DNA of 32,000 bases from an uncultured archaeon (GCA_964589775.1 CAZPUN010000017.1:69266-101265); one strand, 5' to 3'. Shown: positions 9,089 through 18,328, counted from the stretch's first letter. Made by a program: numbers and translations. Notes: generated by a model not told the origin, from the sequence alone.

Positions 9089-9442
9089 CTATGAATATAA
9101 TAGCTCAATTTTTTTCTCCAAATCAATAACTTCTTTGTACAAATTCACATCGAAATTCTTAATTTCCGATATAGCATCTGCAATAATAATAATTTCATTA
9201 TTTTGCAATACAACATTACCTATAACAATTACTTTAGAACCAATATCAATGTTTTTATCAGTAATTATAGTTACACTAGACGTACCATCATCAACAAGCA
9301 AAGAACCAGCATGACTGTCAACTACAGTTCCGATTATTCGAACCTTAGTAACATCAGGGGATATTTCAATAATTTCCATATATTTTCCAGAAGGTATGTG
9401 ATACCTTTCACTTTTTGCAGAATCATCACTCAATTTATACAT
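9089..9442 (-). CDS. Single OB-fold protein, RPA14/Rpa3-like small subunit of replication protein A
   Basis: I.EI...TKVRIIG.V, L.VDDGTS, G..V.VIG, I.AD.I....D.NLY.EV..LEKK: an OB fold plus C-terminal trimerisation-type helix, matching my recollection of Thermococcales RPA14. Confidence 0.72.
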   Translation of the reverse strand: MYKLSDDSAKSERYHIPSGKYMEIIEISPDVTKVRIIGTVVDSHAGSLLVDDGTSSVTIITDKNIDIGSKVIVIGNVVLQNNEIIIIADAISEIKNFDVNLYKEVIDLEKKIELLYS

Positions 9443-9524
9443 CCCACTTTTTTAATACTACTACTAAAAAAGTCAAAAAAGTATAAAAATTTATACTAAT
9501 AAAATAAGTTCAAATAGTAGTGGA

Positions 9525-9863
9525 TTAATAACCACCATAATTTCGCCAAGTATGACCACATTTGGTACATTTATAAAATTCAGTCATTGCTTCATCTGCA
9601 CTACGAGTCTGTAATTGCCAATAGTAAGCTTCATTATTTCCGCATTTGGGACAGGTTACTTTTACTTTTGGCATAGGTGCACTATCATCCTCAACAACGA
9701 TAATTTCATCTTTTGGATCTTTTTTGATTTTTTGTGAAATCACATAATCATCTTTTGATTTAATAGGTTTTTCAAAACCACATTGGCGACATTTTAAAAC
9801 TAATTCACCACGTTCATTCCGTGCAGGAACCATCAATGCGCCACATTCATCACAAAATTCCAA
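9525..9863 (-). CDS. tfs: Transcription factor S (TFS/RpoM family)
   Basis: Two Zn ribbons (FCDECG...CRQCG; CPKCGN...CTKCGH.W) and the acidic hairpin QTRSADE. TTG at 9861-9863 follows a GGTGAGG SD, giving MEFC. Confidence 0.95.
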   Translation of the reverse strand: MEFCDECGALMVPARNERGELVLKCRQCGFEKPIKSKDDYVISQKIKKDPKDEIIVVEDDSAPMPKVKVTCPKCGNNEAYYWQLQTRSADEAMTEFYKCTKCGHTWRNYGGY

Positions 9864-9920
9864 GTGCCTCACCAGAACTTTTTAATAAATATTCACAAAT
9901 TTTGTTTTTAAAAATAGTGA

Positions 9921-10367
9921 CTAAGGCACAAGTGATACATTTACATTTACAAGTAATGTAAAAATATGGTCCAATAAAAATTGGAATGCATTAATTGATT
10001 TTACATTTAATTCTGAGCGATCATTTATATCAATATCGATAAGTTTTGTTTCTAAAATGCTCTTGCACTTTTCAACATCTAAAAAGTCTCCAAGAATTGA
10101 AAAACAAATTAAGGCTTCTGAAAAATCTGCCAATGTATGTAGATCTGAACGTACATGTACATATTTACCAAAATTAGAACGCCTAAAGGCATTTCCAAGT
10201 ATTGCTGCTGAAACTTTTTTACTAGTTATATGTTTCATAGAAGCACTAATAGCAAGAGAATAAATCAAATTTGCAAAGACATCACCCAATTTAGCGAGAG
10301 CATGATCGTTAATTATATCAAAAATTGTTTTATATTTCTCTTTATTAAAAAAAGGTAGAATGACCAA
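9921..10367 (-). CDS. Archaeal stand-alone ribonuclease III-like domain protein
   Basis: LAKLGD.FANLIYSLA and H.LADFSEALI match the two halves of the RNase III signature; no dsRBD. Confidence 0.75.
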   Translation of the reverse strand: MVILPFFNKEKYKTIFDIINDHALAKLGDVFANLIYSLAISASMKHITSKKVSAAILGNAFRRSNFGKYVHVRSDLHTLADFSEALICFSILGDFLDVEKCKSILETKLIDIDINDRSELNVKSINAFQFLLDHIFTLLVNVNVSLVP

Positions 10368-10369
10368 AG

Positions 10370-11296
10370 TTAATCATCCCACTGATTTTCGGTTATTCCA
10401 CTTTCAATAGATTCATCCTTTGGTACATATTCTCTAATATCAGTAACTGTATGAACTTCCAGAACGGGTAATTTTAACGTATCAATAAGCCAACTTCTAA
10501 AGTAATGTACAGATCTTCGACGAAATAGTTTAACATATAATAATGTATTAATTAGTACAACAGAGAATAAGCTCCCAAATGCTATAATAAATATTAACAA
10601 TAACCAAGTAATACCAATAAATTGTAAAATCAAAAACATTACAGCTACAAGATTAATTATATTTAATCCTGCAAATCCTTTAAGGAATCCTTCGAACCAT
10701 ATACCTATATTAAATACAGAACGTAATGTTTCACCAGATTCGGAAATAAAAGAGAGACCAGCTTCTTTAGATATCCACGGAGCAAAAAATGCAATAGCTA
10801 AAATAAAAGGTAACAAGAACGTTTCTATGACTACCAATATTTGCGAGTGATACGTTAATAAAGATATAGCAGCCTCACGCAAAGTTGGGTCTGAGCCAGC
10901 TCGAGCTACGTTAACAACATCACCAAGAAGTAATATTAAGGTTATTCCTAAAAATAAGAGCGCACCATACATAGCACGAGAAGCAGATTCTTTCAGCCCC
11001 ATATGGGGAATTTCAACATCACCTTCTACAAAAAAGCGACCATTTTTCGATTTAAACACACGAGATACAAAAGCATAAGGAATCATCAAAACGGATCTCT
11101 TTTTTAATAGAAGAAAATAAGTAATACCACTAACAACCAAGATAATGACTAATGAACCACCTGTAACAGCAAGTTCAGATAATAAAGGATCATTAAAAAA
11201 TATTGGATTCCCAACCAAGTATAAAATGATATGATTAGAAATTATAAATAAAAATACTGCAAATAATATTCCAAGTTTATGGGACTCCATTTTCAT
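10370..11296 (-). CDS. Hypothetical integral membrane protein (about 6 TM helices)
   Basis: 308-aa ORF with about six hydrophobic stretches, tightly packed between rpoL and the RNase III-like gene; AGGTG SD. Confidence 0.8.
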   Translation of the reverse strand: MKMESHKLGILFAVFLFIISNHIILYLVGNPIFFNDPLLSELAVTGGSLVIILVVSGITYFLLLKKRSVLMIPYAFVSRVFKSKNGRFFVEGDVEIPHMGLKESASRAMYGALLFLGITLILLLGDVVNVARAGSDPTLREAAISLLTYHSQILVVIETFLLPFILAIAFFAPWISKEAGLSFISESGETLRSVFNIGIWFEGFLKGFAGLNIINLVAVMFLILQFIGITWLLLIFIIAFGSLFSVVLINTLLYVKLFRRRSVHYFRSWLIDTLKLPVLEVHTVTDIREYVPKDESIESGITENQWDD

Positions 11297-11309
11297 TTAT
11301 ATGCACCTA

Positions 11310-11600
11310 CTAAAATGGTTCGAAGTTTTGAACACTTTCATCAAATTTAATTGCAAATTCATTAGATCTAGCAATAAGTTTCTCAAGAGCTTCTTTTAAA
11401 GCTTCTTTAGCGGGTTTATCTTGCGTTCTTACAGACATAATAGGGTTGGAAAGGAGTGGATGCTCAAGGGAATAGCCTGCAAATACGACATAAGGATCTT
11501 CAATAAGAATCCTACGTAATACATTACAAAATCCGTGACTTTCACCAATTACTTCAAACTTCATAAATTCAGGTTTATCTTCAATCATACGAATGGTCAT
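11310..11600 (-). CDS. rpoL: RNA polymerase subunit L (Rpo11)
   Basis: GESHGFCN.LR..L..DP.V.FAGY.LEHPL; GAGGTGA SD; follows csl4. Confidence 0.95.
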   Translation of the reverse strand: MTIRMIEDKPEFMKFEVIGESHGFCNVLRRILIEDPYVVFAGYSLEHPLLSNPIMSVRTQDKPAKEALKEALEKLIARSNEFAIKFDESVQNFEPF

Positions 11601-12207
11601 GAATTTTCACCTCACGTTTAGTTCTATTAGAAATCCCAAACATAACACCATAATCTTTTGCAATTGCACGACGCTCACGATTACGACACGAAGGGCATAT
11701 TAATGTATTTCCTTTTAATATTCGCAAATAATCACCACAATTTACACATGTAGCTCGAATAACTCCAAGACTACTACCCATAATAGATAGACTCACAGGT
11801 AAAACATGAGTTGAAATTACTTTCGCGCGTACAATATCACCAATCGTAAGAGCGTCCCGCATGGTTTTCAAATATCTTGTTGTAACATTAGATATGTGAA
11901 TCTCACCTGTTATGGGTACAAGTAAATCTTTATTGTTTATGCGGACAATAGACACTTCCGCACGTTGTTCGAATACATTTTCAACTAAACCAATAATTAT
12001 ATCGCCTTTTTTAGGCAAAGAAAGACTATTATTTTTCATAGGCATGACTGAAATTGATTTTTCATCATGGTCGATCCGAACAATACCTGCAATTGATGCG
12101 TAAATTTTTCCATCATCTTCATATGTTCCGTTTTTTGGTATAAATTCTTCAATTACTCCCAATTTTTCACCGAGGATTACAAAATCCCCATCTTTAACTT
12201 TTACCAA
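11581..12207 (-). CDS. csl4: Exosome RNA-binding subunit Csl4
   Basis: GEKLGVIEEF, GTYE..G.IYAS..G, S1 domain (IHIS, GDIVRAKV), LGVIRA.C..CG and C..C..RERR.IA..YG Zn ribbon; TTG start with GAGGT SD. Confidence 0.95.
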   Translation of the reverse strand: MVKVKDGDFVILGEKLGVIEEFIPKNGTYEDDGKIYASIAGIVRIDHDEKSISVMPMKNNSLSLPKKGDIIIGLVENVFEQRAEVSIVRINNKDLLVPITGEIHISNVTTRYLKTMRDALTIGDIVRAKVISTHVLPVSLSIMGSSLGVIRATCVNCGDYLRILKGNTLICPSCRNRERRAIAKDYGVMFGISNRTKREVKIHDHSYD

Positions 12208-12213
12208 TGTAAT

Positions 12214-12831
12214 TTACCTCGTAATAATTCTATAAATATCAACGTCAAATACATATTTTTCATGTTTATGAAATGGATATAATGCGCGTATTGGAAATTG
12301 CTTAGTCCAAATATCACTTATTTTACCATTATGAGATTCTATAAATTTTTTTAAATAACGATAATTACCACTTTTGTGTATTGTATATATAACTTTACTT
12401 ATTTCTAATGCAAATTCTAAAAATTTTATATCTGCACCACGCCTATGGATACCAAATGGAGGGTTCTGAAACACTGTATCGACCGTAGAATCAAGTGGCA
12501 TGAAAAATACATCAGAAAATATCCATGCAGTATTGTTTAAGTTTAGCTTCATTGAGTTTCTCTTTGAAATTGAAATTGCACGCCAAGATTTATCAATACC
12601 CAAACTCAATTTTGCGCCCATTAATGCACTACCAATTGCAAAAAATCCAGAACCACAGCCCAGATCTACTACGATTTTATTAGAGATATCGTGAAACCTA
12701 GACTCTGCAATAAATAAGATTTCTGAGACAAGCTGGATTGGGGTTGGATATTGTTCCAATGAAATATCTTCAGATGGCGCTATATCAAGAGATTGTAGAA
12801 TAATTTCTAAATTTCTTTTCTTAATTTGCAT
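12214..12831 (-). CDS. METTL5-family SAM-dependent (rRNA m6A-type) methyltransferase
   Basis: LEQYPTP, VDLGCGSG, QNPPFG, AD..FL, Y.IHK, Y.FH motifs; start reassigned to MQIKKRNLE (ATG 12829-12831). Confidence 0.9.
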   Translation of the reverse strand: MQIKKRNLEIILQSLDIAPSEDISLEQYPTPIQLVSEILFIAESRFHDISNKIVVDLGCGSGFFAIGSALMGAKLSLGIDKSWRAISISKRNSMKLNLNNTAWIFSDVFFMPLDSTVDTVFQNPPFGIHRRGADIKFLEFALEISKVIYTIHKSGNYRYLKKFIESHNGKISDIWTKQFPIRALYPFHKHEKYVFDVDIYRIITR

Positions 12832-12893
12832 AATAAATACATAACATTGTAAATATATATAAAATATATTAAGAATCCATAAGGCGAAATGCA

Positions 12894-14078
12894 ATGATTA
12901 ATCCCGAAGATGTTAGAAAGGAGATTACATTATTAAGAGAAAATAAAATTGCATATTTTGATTCAGCAACCGCGTCATTAATGCCAGATTTTATTATTGA
13001 TAAAATTTCAGAAGGATATAGGCACTTTGCATTTCCACCAAATCAGGGCAATAATTCATTAATTAGAAAATCAAAAATAATTATTGAAGAAACTAGAGAA
13101 TCATTTGAAAAATTTATCGGTGCTGAAGAACAAACTATATTTTTTGCTCCGAATATAATGTATGGATTATCGAACATCCTTTGGAGCCTTATTCAGAACA
13201 AAAAAGGCCGCATTATAATATCACCATTATTACATACATCGATATTAGGCCCCATCATCAAATTATCAATGATTAATGGTAATAAAATCCAGATAATACA
13301 AATTGATGAAAATAATAGACTAGACATTAATTATATAACAAGCATATTGGACAAAGATGTAATTGCGATAATTACAGATGATGTATCCTCAATCTATGGA
13401 GTACAACAACCGACAAAAGAGATTGCACAACTTTCTAAAGAATATAATATTCCACATATTGTTGATGCAACAAAAAGTATAGGTCATGATCATTTTTCAA
13501 TTAAGGAGAAAAAAGTAGACATCGCAATTATGGAAGGAAACATAGGATTAATGGGACCGAGTGTATCTATGATTCATGTATCTCGGGAAAATTTAGAGAA
13601 CAGAGAACCAATGCTCTTAGGCGGAGGTACAATTGAAAAACTTAGTATAGAAAAACTCAAACCTATAAGAAATATCACAAAATATGAAGGCGATTTTATT
13701 GATGTTGCAAAAATATACGGATTAAAATATGCAATTGAGTATATTCAAAAGATTGGTATTGAAAATATTAGAATTCAAGAGCTAAAAATAATAAGGAAGA
13801 TTCGAAAAATATTAGAAAACTATGGATTATTAATTCATTCCACTGAGCAAAGCCAAAACATTATAAGTTTTAGTTCGGAGACCCTTGGCGCACATGATAT
13901 AGGGATGTTTCTGGATGAAGATGAAATATATATAAGAACTGGAAAAATTTGTACATATTTAGCTCCAATCTTTAGGAAAATATCTAACGTATGTCAAATA
14001 TCGATCCATTATTATAACACAATTACTGATGTAAAAAGATTAGAAGACGGCTTGGAGTCCTTGTTTACGATGATATAA
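12894..14078 (+). CDS. Aminotransferase class V / SufS-like protein with degenerate PLP site
   Basis: YFDSATAS, E.TRE...KFIGA, VDATKSIGH, P.LLGGGT, AHDIG..LDE..I.IRTG..C all fit SufS; SGHK is replaced by EGNI. Confidence 0.85.
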   Translation: MINPEDVRKEITLLRENKIAYFDSATASLMPDFIIDKISEGYRHFAFPPNQGNNSLIRKSKIIIEETRESFEKFIGAEEQTIFFAPNIMYGLSNILWSLIQNKKGRIIISPLLHTSILGPIIKLSMINGNKIQIIQIDENNRLDINYITSILDKDVIAIITDDVSSIYGVQQPTKEIAQLSKEYNIPHIVDATKSIGHDHFSIKEKKVDIAIMEGNIGLMGPSVSMIHVSRENLENREPMLLGGGTIEKLSIEKLKPIRNITKYEGDFIDVAKIYGLKYAIEYIQKIGIENIRIQELKIIRKIRKILENYGLLIHSTEQSQNIISFSSETLGAHDIGMFLDEDEIYIRTGKICTYLAPIFRKISNVCQISIHYYNTITDVKRLEDGLESLFTMI

Positions 14079-14307
14079 AACTAGGCGGATACATTGTAAA
14101 ATAATGCAAAACTATTAATAATATAATTCCGCCAACAATCATTGATTTTGATTTACGAGAATCATACTCAGTCAACCATAAAATTAGACCTACTGCAATA
14201 CTTACATAAGCACTAAATTGACCTATTGCAATTATAAAATTCCATATATCACTAAAATAACCATATAAAAATTCAAGCAAATTACTAAGGTCAATCAAAT
14301 AGATCAT
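14065..14307 (-). CDS. Small two-TM membrane protein (80 aa)
   Basis: ATG 14305-14307 with AGGTGA SD; two hydrophobic helices separated by a charged EYDSRKSK loop. Confidence 0.75.
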   Translation of the reverse strand: MIYLIDLSNLLEFLYGYFSDIWNFIIAIGQFSAYVSIAVGLILWLTEYDSRKSKSMIVGGIILLIVLHYFTMYPPSFISS

Positions 14308-14353
14308 TATTAAATCACCTATAAAATATAAATTAAAAAAAAGATATAAACTC

Positions 14354-16177
14354 CTACAAAACTGTGACACTTTTTGCAAGATTTCTAGGTTTATCTGGGT
14401 CTAAACCTTTTCGAGTAGCCATATAATAGCTGAATAATTGTAATGGAACAATATATCCAATAGGACTAAAATCAATTGGAAAATCAGAAGGAATATGAAA
14501 TGAAAATTTCGATATTGATTCTATTTCACTATCATTGTCAGATATTACAGAGATTATTTTTGCATTTCTGGCTTTCATCTCCATTATATTTCCAATGGTT
14601 CGCTCTCGCGTTTCATCAGGAGGTACAACAAAAACAACTGGAAAATCATGTTCAACCAACGCTATAGGGCCATGCTTAGATTCGCCTGCAGAATATGCTT
14701 CGGCATGATTATATGCAATTTCTTTTAATTTTAAGGCACCTTCCATAGCTGTAGTTATAGATATTCCTCTGCCCAGATAATAAAAACTCTGCTTAGTATA
14801 TAATTCGTTAGATATAAAGCGCGCAGATTTTTCTTCACTATTAACTATATTTGATATAAATCCAGGAATTCTAAGCAAATCTGATGAATATGCGGCATAT
14901 TCACTATTATTTAGTAAGCCCGTTAATTTACCTAATTCGATAGATAAACGAGATAAAGTAATTAATTGCACTAGAAATGTCTTTGTAGCTGCAACACCGA
15001 TCTCAGGCCCAGCTTGAGTAAGAATTGTATAATCTGAATATGAAGTTATAGAACTACCGATTACATTCGTAATTGATAAGATCTTTGCGCCGTGTCTTTT
15101 TGCAAATTTTACTGCATTTATAGTATCCAAAGTTTCACCGGATTGTGTGATTGCAATAACAATAGATTCCTCACTTAAATTATTATTAATTATATATTCA
15201 AATTCACTCGAATTTTCCATAAATGATGACAAGCCACTAATCTTTGAGAACAAATATCGCCCAGCGAGACCAGCGTGACCCGAAGTCCCTGCGGCAACAA
15301 AAAATATTTCTTTAGAATCATGAATTAATTTAGCAGCATTAGATATTATATCTTGCTTGACATGCAGAGTGTCGCGTAAGGCTTGTGGTTGCTCATGGAT
15401 TTCTTTTAGCATAAAGTGTGGGAATCCACCTTTTTCAGCCATATCTGCAGTCCATGTAATATGAATTTTATCGCGTTTAATTTTATGCCCATCAAAGAGT
15501 GATTCAATAGATATGCCATCAAGCGAAACAATAGCAAATTCACCATCATGTAACAATAATACATCCTTTGTCATTTGAAGAAATGCAGGAATATCAGAAG
15601 CACAATAATACGATTCTGCAGATATACCCAAAACAAGAGGATTGCCATTTCTAATGCAAAATATTTTGTTAGGTTCATATGTAGATATAATAACTATTGC
15701 AAAAGTTCCTTCTAAATCCATAGCAGTCTTTCGAATAGATTCTTTCAAAGAATTACCTTCAGAAACATATTTTTCGATCAAATGGGGAATTACTTCTGTA
15801 TCGGTCTCGGATTTGAAAACATGACCTTCAGCAACCAAATTACGTTTTAATGATTCAAAATTATCGATTACACCATTATGAACAACAGCGATAGAGTTTG
15901 TACAATCTAAATGGGGATGTGAATTTTCCTTTGAAGGAACACCATGGGTAGCCCAACGAGTATGCCCAATTCCAATAGAACCAGGTAAATCATCGAGATT
16001 TAGATAGGCATGCACTTTATCGATTTTACCAACACCCTTCTTAAGGTATATTTGATTATTGAAAATAGTAGCAATACCAACTGAATCATAACCGCGATAT
16101 TCTAGTCTCTTTAAGGCACGATGCAAAAATGGTGCAACTTGACCATGATTAAATATAGCTGCTGAAATTCCGCACAT
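14354..16177 (-). CDS. glmS: Glutamine--fructose-6-phosphate aminotransferase
   Basis: N-terminal MCGI (ATG 16175-16177), LEYRGYDS, GHTRWATHG, TQSGETLDT, ATKT, EGALKLKE, KHGP, C-terminal DPDKPRNLAKSVT. Confidence 0.98.
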   Translation of the reverse strand: MCGISAAIFNHGQVAPFLHRALKRLEYRGYDSVGIATIFNNQIYLKKGVGKIDKVHAYLNLDDLPGSIGIGHTRWATHGVPSKENSHPHLDCTNSIAVVHNGVIDNFESLKRNLVAEGHVFKSETDTEVIPHLIEKYVSEGNSLKESIRKTAMDLEGTFAIVIISTYEPNKIFCIRNGNPLVLGISAESYYCASDIPAFLQMTKDVLLLHDGEFAIVSLDGISIESLFDGHKIKRDKIHITWTADMAEKGGFPHFMLKEIHEQPQALRDTLHVKQDIISNAAKLIHDSKEIFFVAAGTSGHAGLAGRYLFSKISGLSSFMENSSEFEYIINNNLSEESIVIAITQSGETLDTINAVKFAKRHGAKILSITNVIGSSITSYSDYTILTQAGPEIGVAATKTFLVQLITLSRLSIELGKLTGLLNNSEYAAYSSDLLRIPGFISNIVNSEEKSARFISNELYTKQSFYYLGRGISITTAMEGALKLKEIAYNHAEAYSAGESKHGPIALVEHDFPVVFVVPPDETRERTIGNIMEMKARNAKIISVISDNDSEIESISKFSFHIPSDFPIDFSPIGYIVPLQLFSYYMATRKGLDPDKPRNLAKSVTVL

Positions 16178-16255
16178 ATTAAATTCACTCACTGATTTTT
16201 AATATATCCTTTAAATAATTAATAAATAAATATAATTATGATATATTAAACAATT

Positions 16256-18274
16256 TTACGAATCCTGACGCGAACGGCGATATTCTTCAATAATATCAAG
16301 GATTCGTTTTTCATTGCGCTTTTTATGCTCATTTTCAATAAAATGCAAGGATCGTTCCAATTGCTCTTCAAATATATTTCGATCAATATATGCAATATTG
16401 TTAATAATTTCATAAGAAATATCTGAAGAAAAAATAAACGGAATACGAAGCTCAATTAGACGCTCAAACGATAAATGTGTTGGATTACCATTTAATATTA
16501 CGGCACGAATTTTCTTATTATACAAATAATCTACAGTAGAAACACCACCACCGCTTGCATCATTAAAGAATAATATGTCACCACGTCGTATTCCAATTAA
16601 ATCTTCAATTTTTAATATTGCATCCTTAGTAAAGGATGAAACAATTTTGGCAGGAAGTACATCCCCACGAATATATGAATTTTCAATCCGTTTTAGTTGC
16701 TCAAGAGAACCTCTTAATTGTGCATTTTCACCTTCTAATTCATGCAAGGATTCCTCTAAGGCTCTAATTTTATGATTTAATTTTGTGATTAGACGATCCT
16801 TTCGAATATTCCGATACGTTTTTGTTTGGGAATATTTTATGTAATCTTCTAATTCTGAAATTTTAAACTTCAAATAACGATTCTCAGATAATACTTGTTC
16901 AAATTTTTCAGATAATTCATTAAATTCGTTGCGTAATTGTTGCATTTTTTTAAGTAATTTATCAATATCAATAGTAGATTCTTTAGTTTCATGAGAAGAA
17001 ACTGCTTCAGGTATTTTTGGCAATACCTTTTTAATGGCTTCGTTTATGTTAAGTCCACGAAGAACTAAAGCTTTAACTAAGTTTCCATCAATATAATGTG
17101 GAAGTTCCATTATTTTTTGCTCAACTTGCGTGATTTTTGCCTTATAATGGTTAAACGCTTTAATTGCCGCGGCTAAAGCATCACGCTCATGTGAATCATT
17201 AATGGATACATTGGGAGGAAGAGAACGCATTAAATGCTGCTTTTCTGAAATTGAATAAGGATGTTCTGGTAAATATAATCGAGCATTATAAATGGAGGAT
17301 ATTTTTTTAACAATCTGTGGGGGACTAGGAACATCAGAAGTTACAACTACAGGGGTCCCAAATTCTAACAAAATCTTTAGTAAATCACTTCTAGAAAGAT
17401 TTTTTGCACTATTTATATAAATAATTTCACCATCTAAATTAATCATTGCAATTCCGATATTTGTTCCAGCATCAAGCCCTAATATATAAAAATCAGCATT
17501 TGAGGACAAAAGATTAGATTCAATAGATAAAGGTACGAATGATATTTGCTTTCGTACCGGATATACATTAACACGTATATCAGAAGTTCTGAATGGATGA
17601 ATAATTGATCTAACATCAGAATATGCGCCAAAAACAGTTATCGTAGCGGAACTCAAACCTGAATCGGATATTCTCGTATTTACTTCGAATTTAAAATTGT
17701 GATCTTTTAATTTTGATGTTACCTCGTTAAAATATTCTTTAATTAAAGTATGTAATCGTCTACGATATCTATTTGCGCTTTGACCACCTTTTCCAATAGA
17801 ACGTCCTCTAGAAATTTTAATAATTGTTTCAGATTCGAATACATGTAGAAACGACCCAATGCCCATAGCAGCTAATCTGGCAGAAATTTCAGCAGTCTCA
17901 ATAGCTGTAAGTTTTCTACTAAAATGATACCCAATTCGACGAGCTAAAACTTTTAATGAAATCATTCTTGGAGGGGACCCAGTTACTTGAACTATTTTTG
18001 TATAAGTTGGAATTTTCGCCAAAATTGTATAAACACCCTTAATATTAGGAAATATTTCAAATATATTATCAGTCGCAACGATTGATACTTTATTTTTTTT
18101 AATAATTGAAATTACTTCATTCAACGAAATAAGATTATATTTTTCTTGGATACTATCATCTTTGAGTAATACAGCAGAAAATTTAGCACCCGAATGAGAT
18201 AAGGGACTTCCAGATGCAATATCAAGCCCTAAAATAACTTCGTTTCTTAATTCCATTTTATCATCAGTATCCAC
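16256..18274 (-). CDS. DUF460-domain protein (RNase H-like fold plus coiled coil)
   Basis: GLDI, ATDNIFE, VQVTG, SRGRS.GKGGQS.NRY.RR, GLDAGT..GIA, H.RDALAAA, long coiled coil, DASGGG. Confidence 0.85.
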   Translation of the reverse strand: MDTDDKMELRNEVILGLDIASGSPLSHSGAKFSAVLLKDDSIQEKYNLISLNEVISIIKKNKVSIVATDNIFEIFPNIKGVYTILAKIPTYTKIVQVTGSPPRMISLKVLARRIGYHFSRKLTAIETAEISARLAAMGIGSFLHVFESETIIKISRGRSIGKGGQSANRYRRRLHTLIKEYFNEVTSKLKDHNFKFEVNTRISDSGLSSATITVFGAYSDVRSIIHPFRTSDIRVNVYPVRKQISFVPLSIESNLLSSNADFYILGLDAGTNIGIAMINLDGEIIYINSAKNLSRSDLLKILLEFGTPVVVTSDVPSPPQIVKKISSIYNARLYLPEHPYSISEKQHLMRSLPPNVSINDSHERDALAAAIKAFNHYKAKITQVEQKIMELPHYIDGNLVKALVLRGLNINEAIKKVLPKIPEAVSSHETKESTIDIDKLLKKMQQLRNEFNELSEKFEQVLSENRYLKFKISELEDYIKYSQTKTYRNIRKDRLITKLNHKIRALEESLHELEGENAQLRGSLEQLKRIENSYIRGDVLPAKIVSSFTKDAILKIEDLIGIRRGDILFFNDASGGGVSTVDYLYNKKIRAVILNGNPTHLSFERLIELRIPFIFSSDISYEIINNIAYIDRNIFEEQLERSLHFIENEHKKRNEKRILDIIEEYRRSRQDS

Positions 18275-18328
18275 TATTTTCCTTCAATTATTATTTTAAT
18301 AAAGAATTATATGAGATTTCCGAAATAA

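Noticed and set aside
9443-9524. Weak hairpins and T-tracts between tfs and the Rpa3-like gene
   Set aside because: Nearly all A-T pairs; could be a promoter or terminator but cannot be supported specifically.
12832-12894. Hydrophobic N-terminal extension of the METTL5-like ORF
   Set aside because: AT-rich divergent promoter region read through by chance; family similarity begins at MQIKKRNLE.
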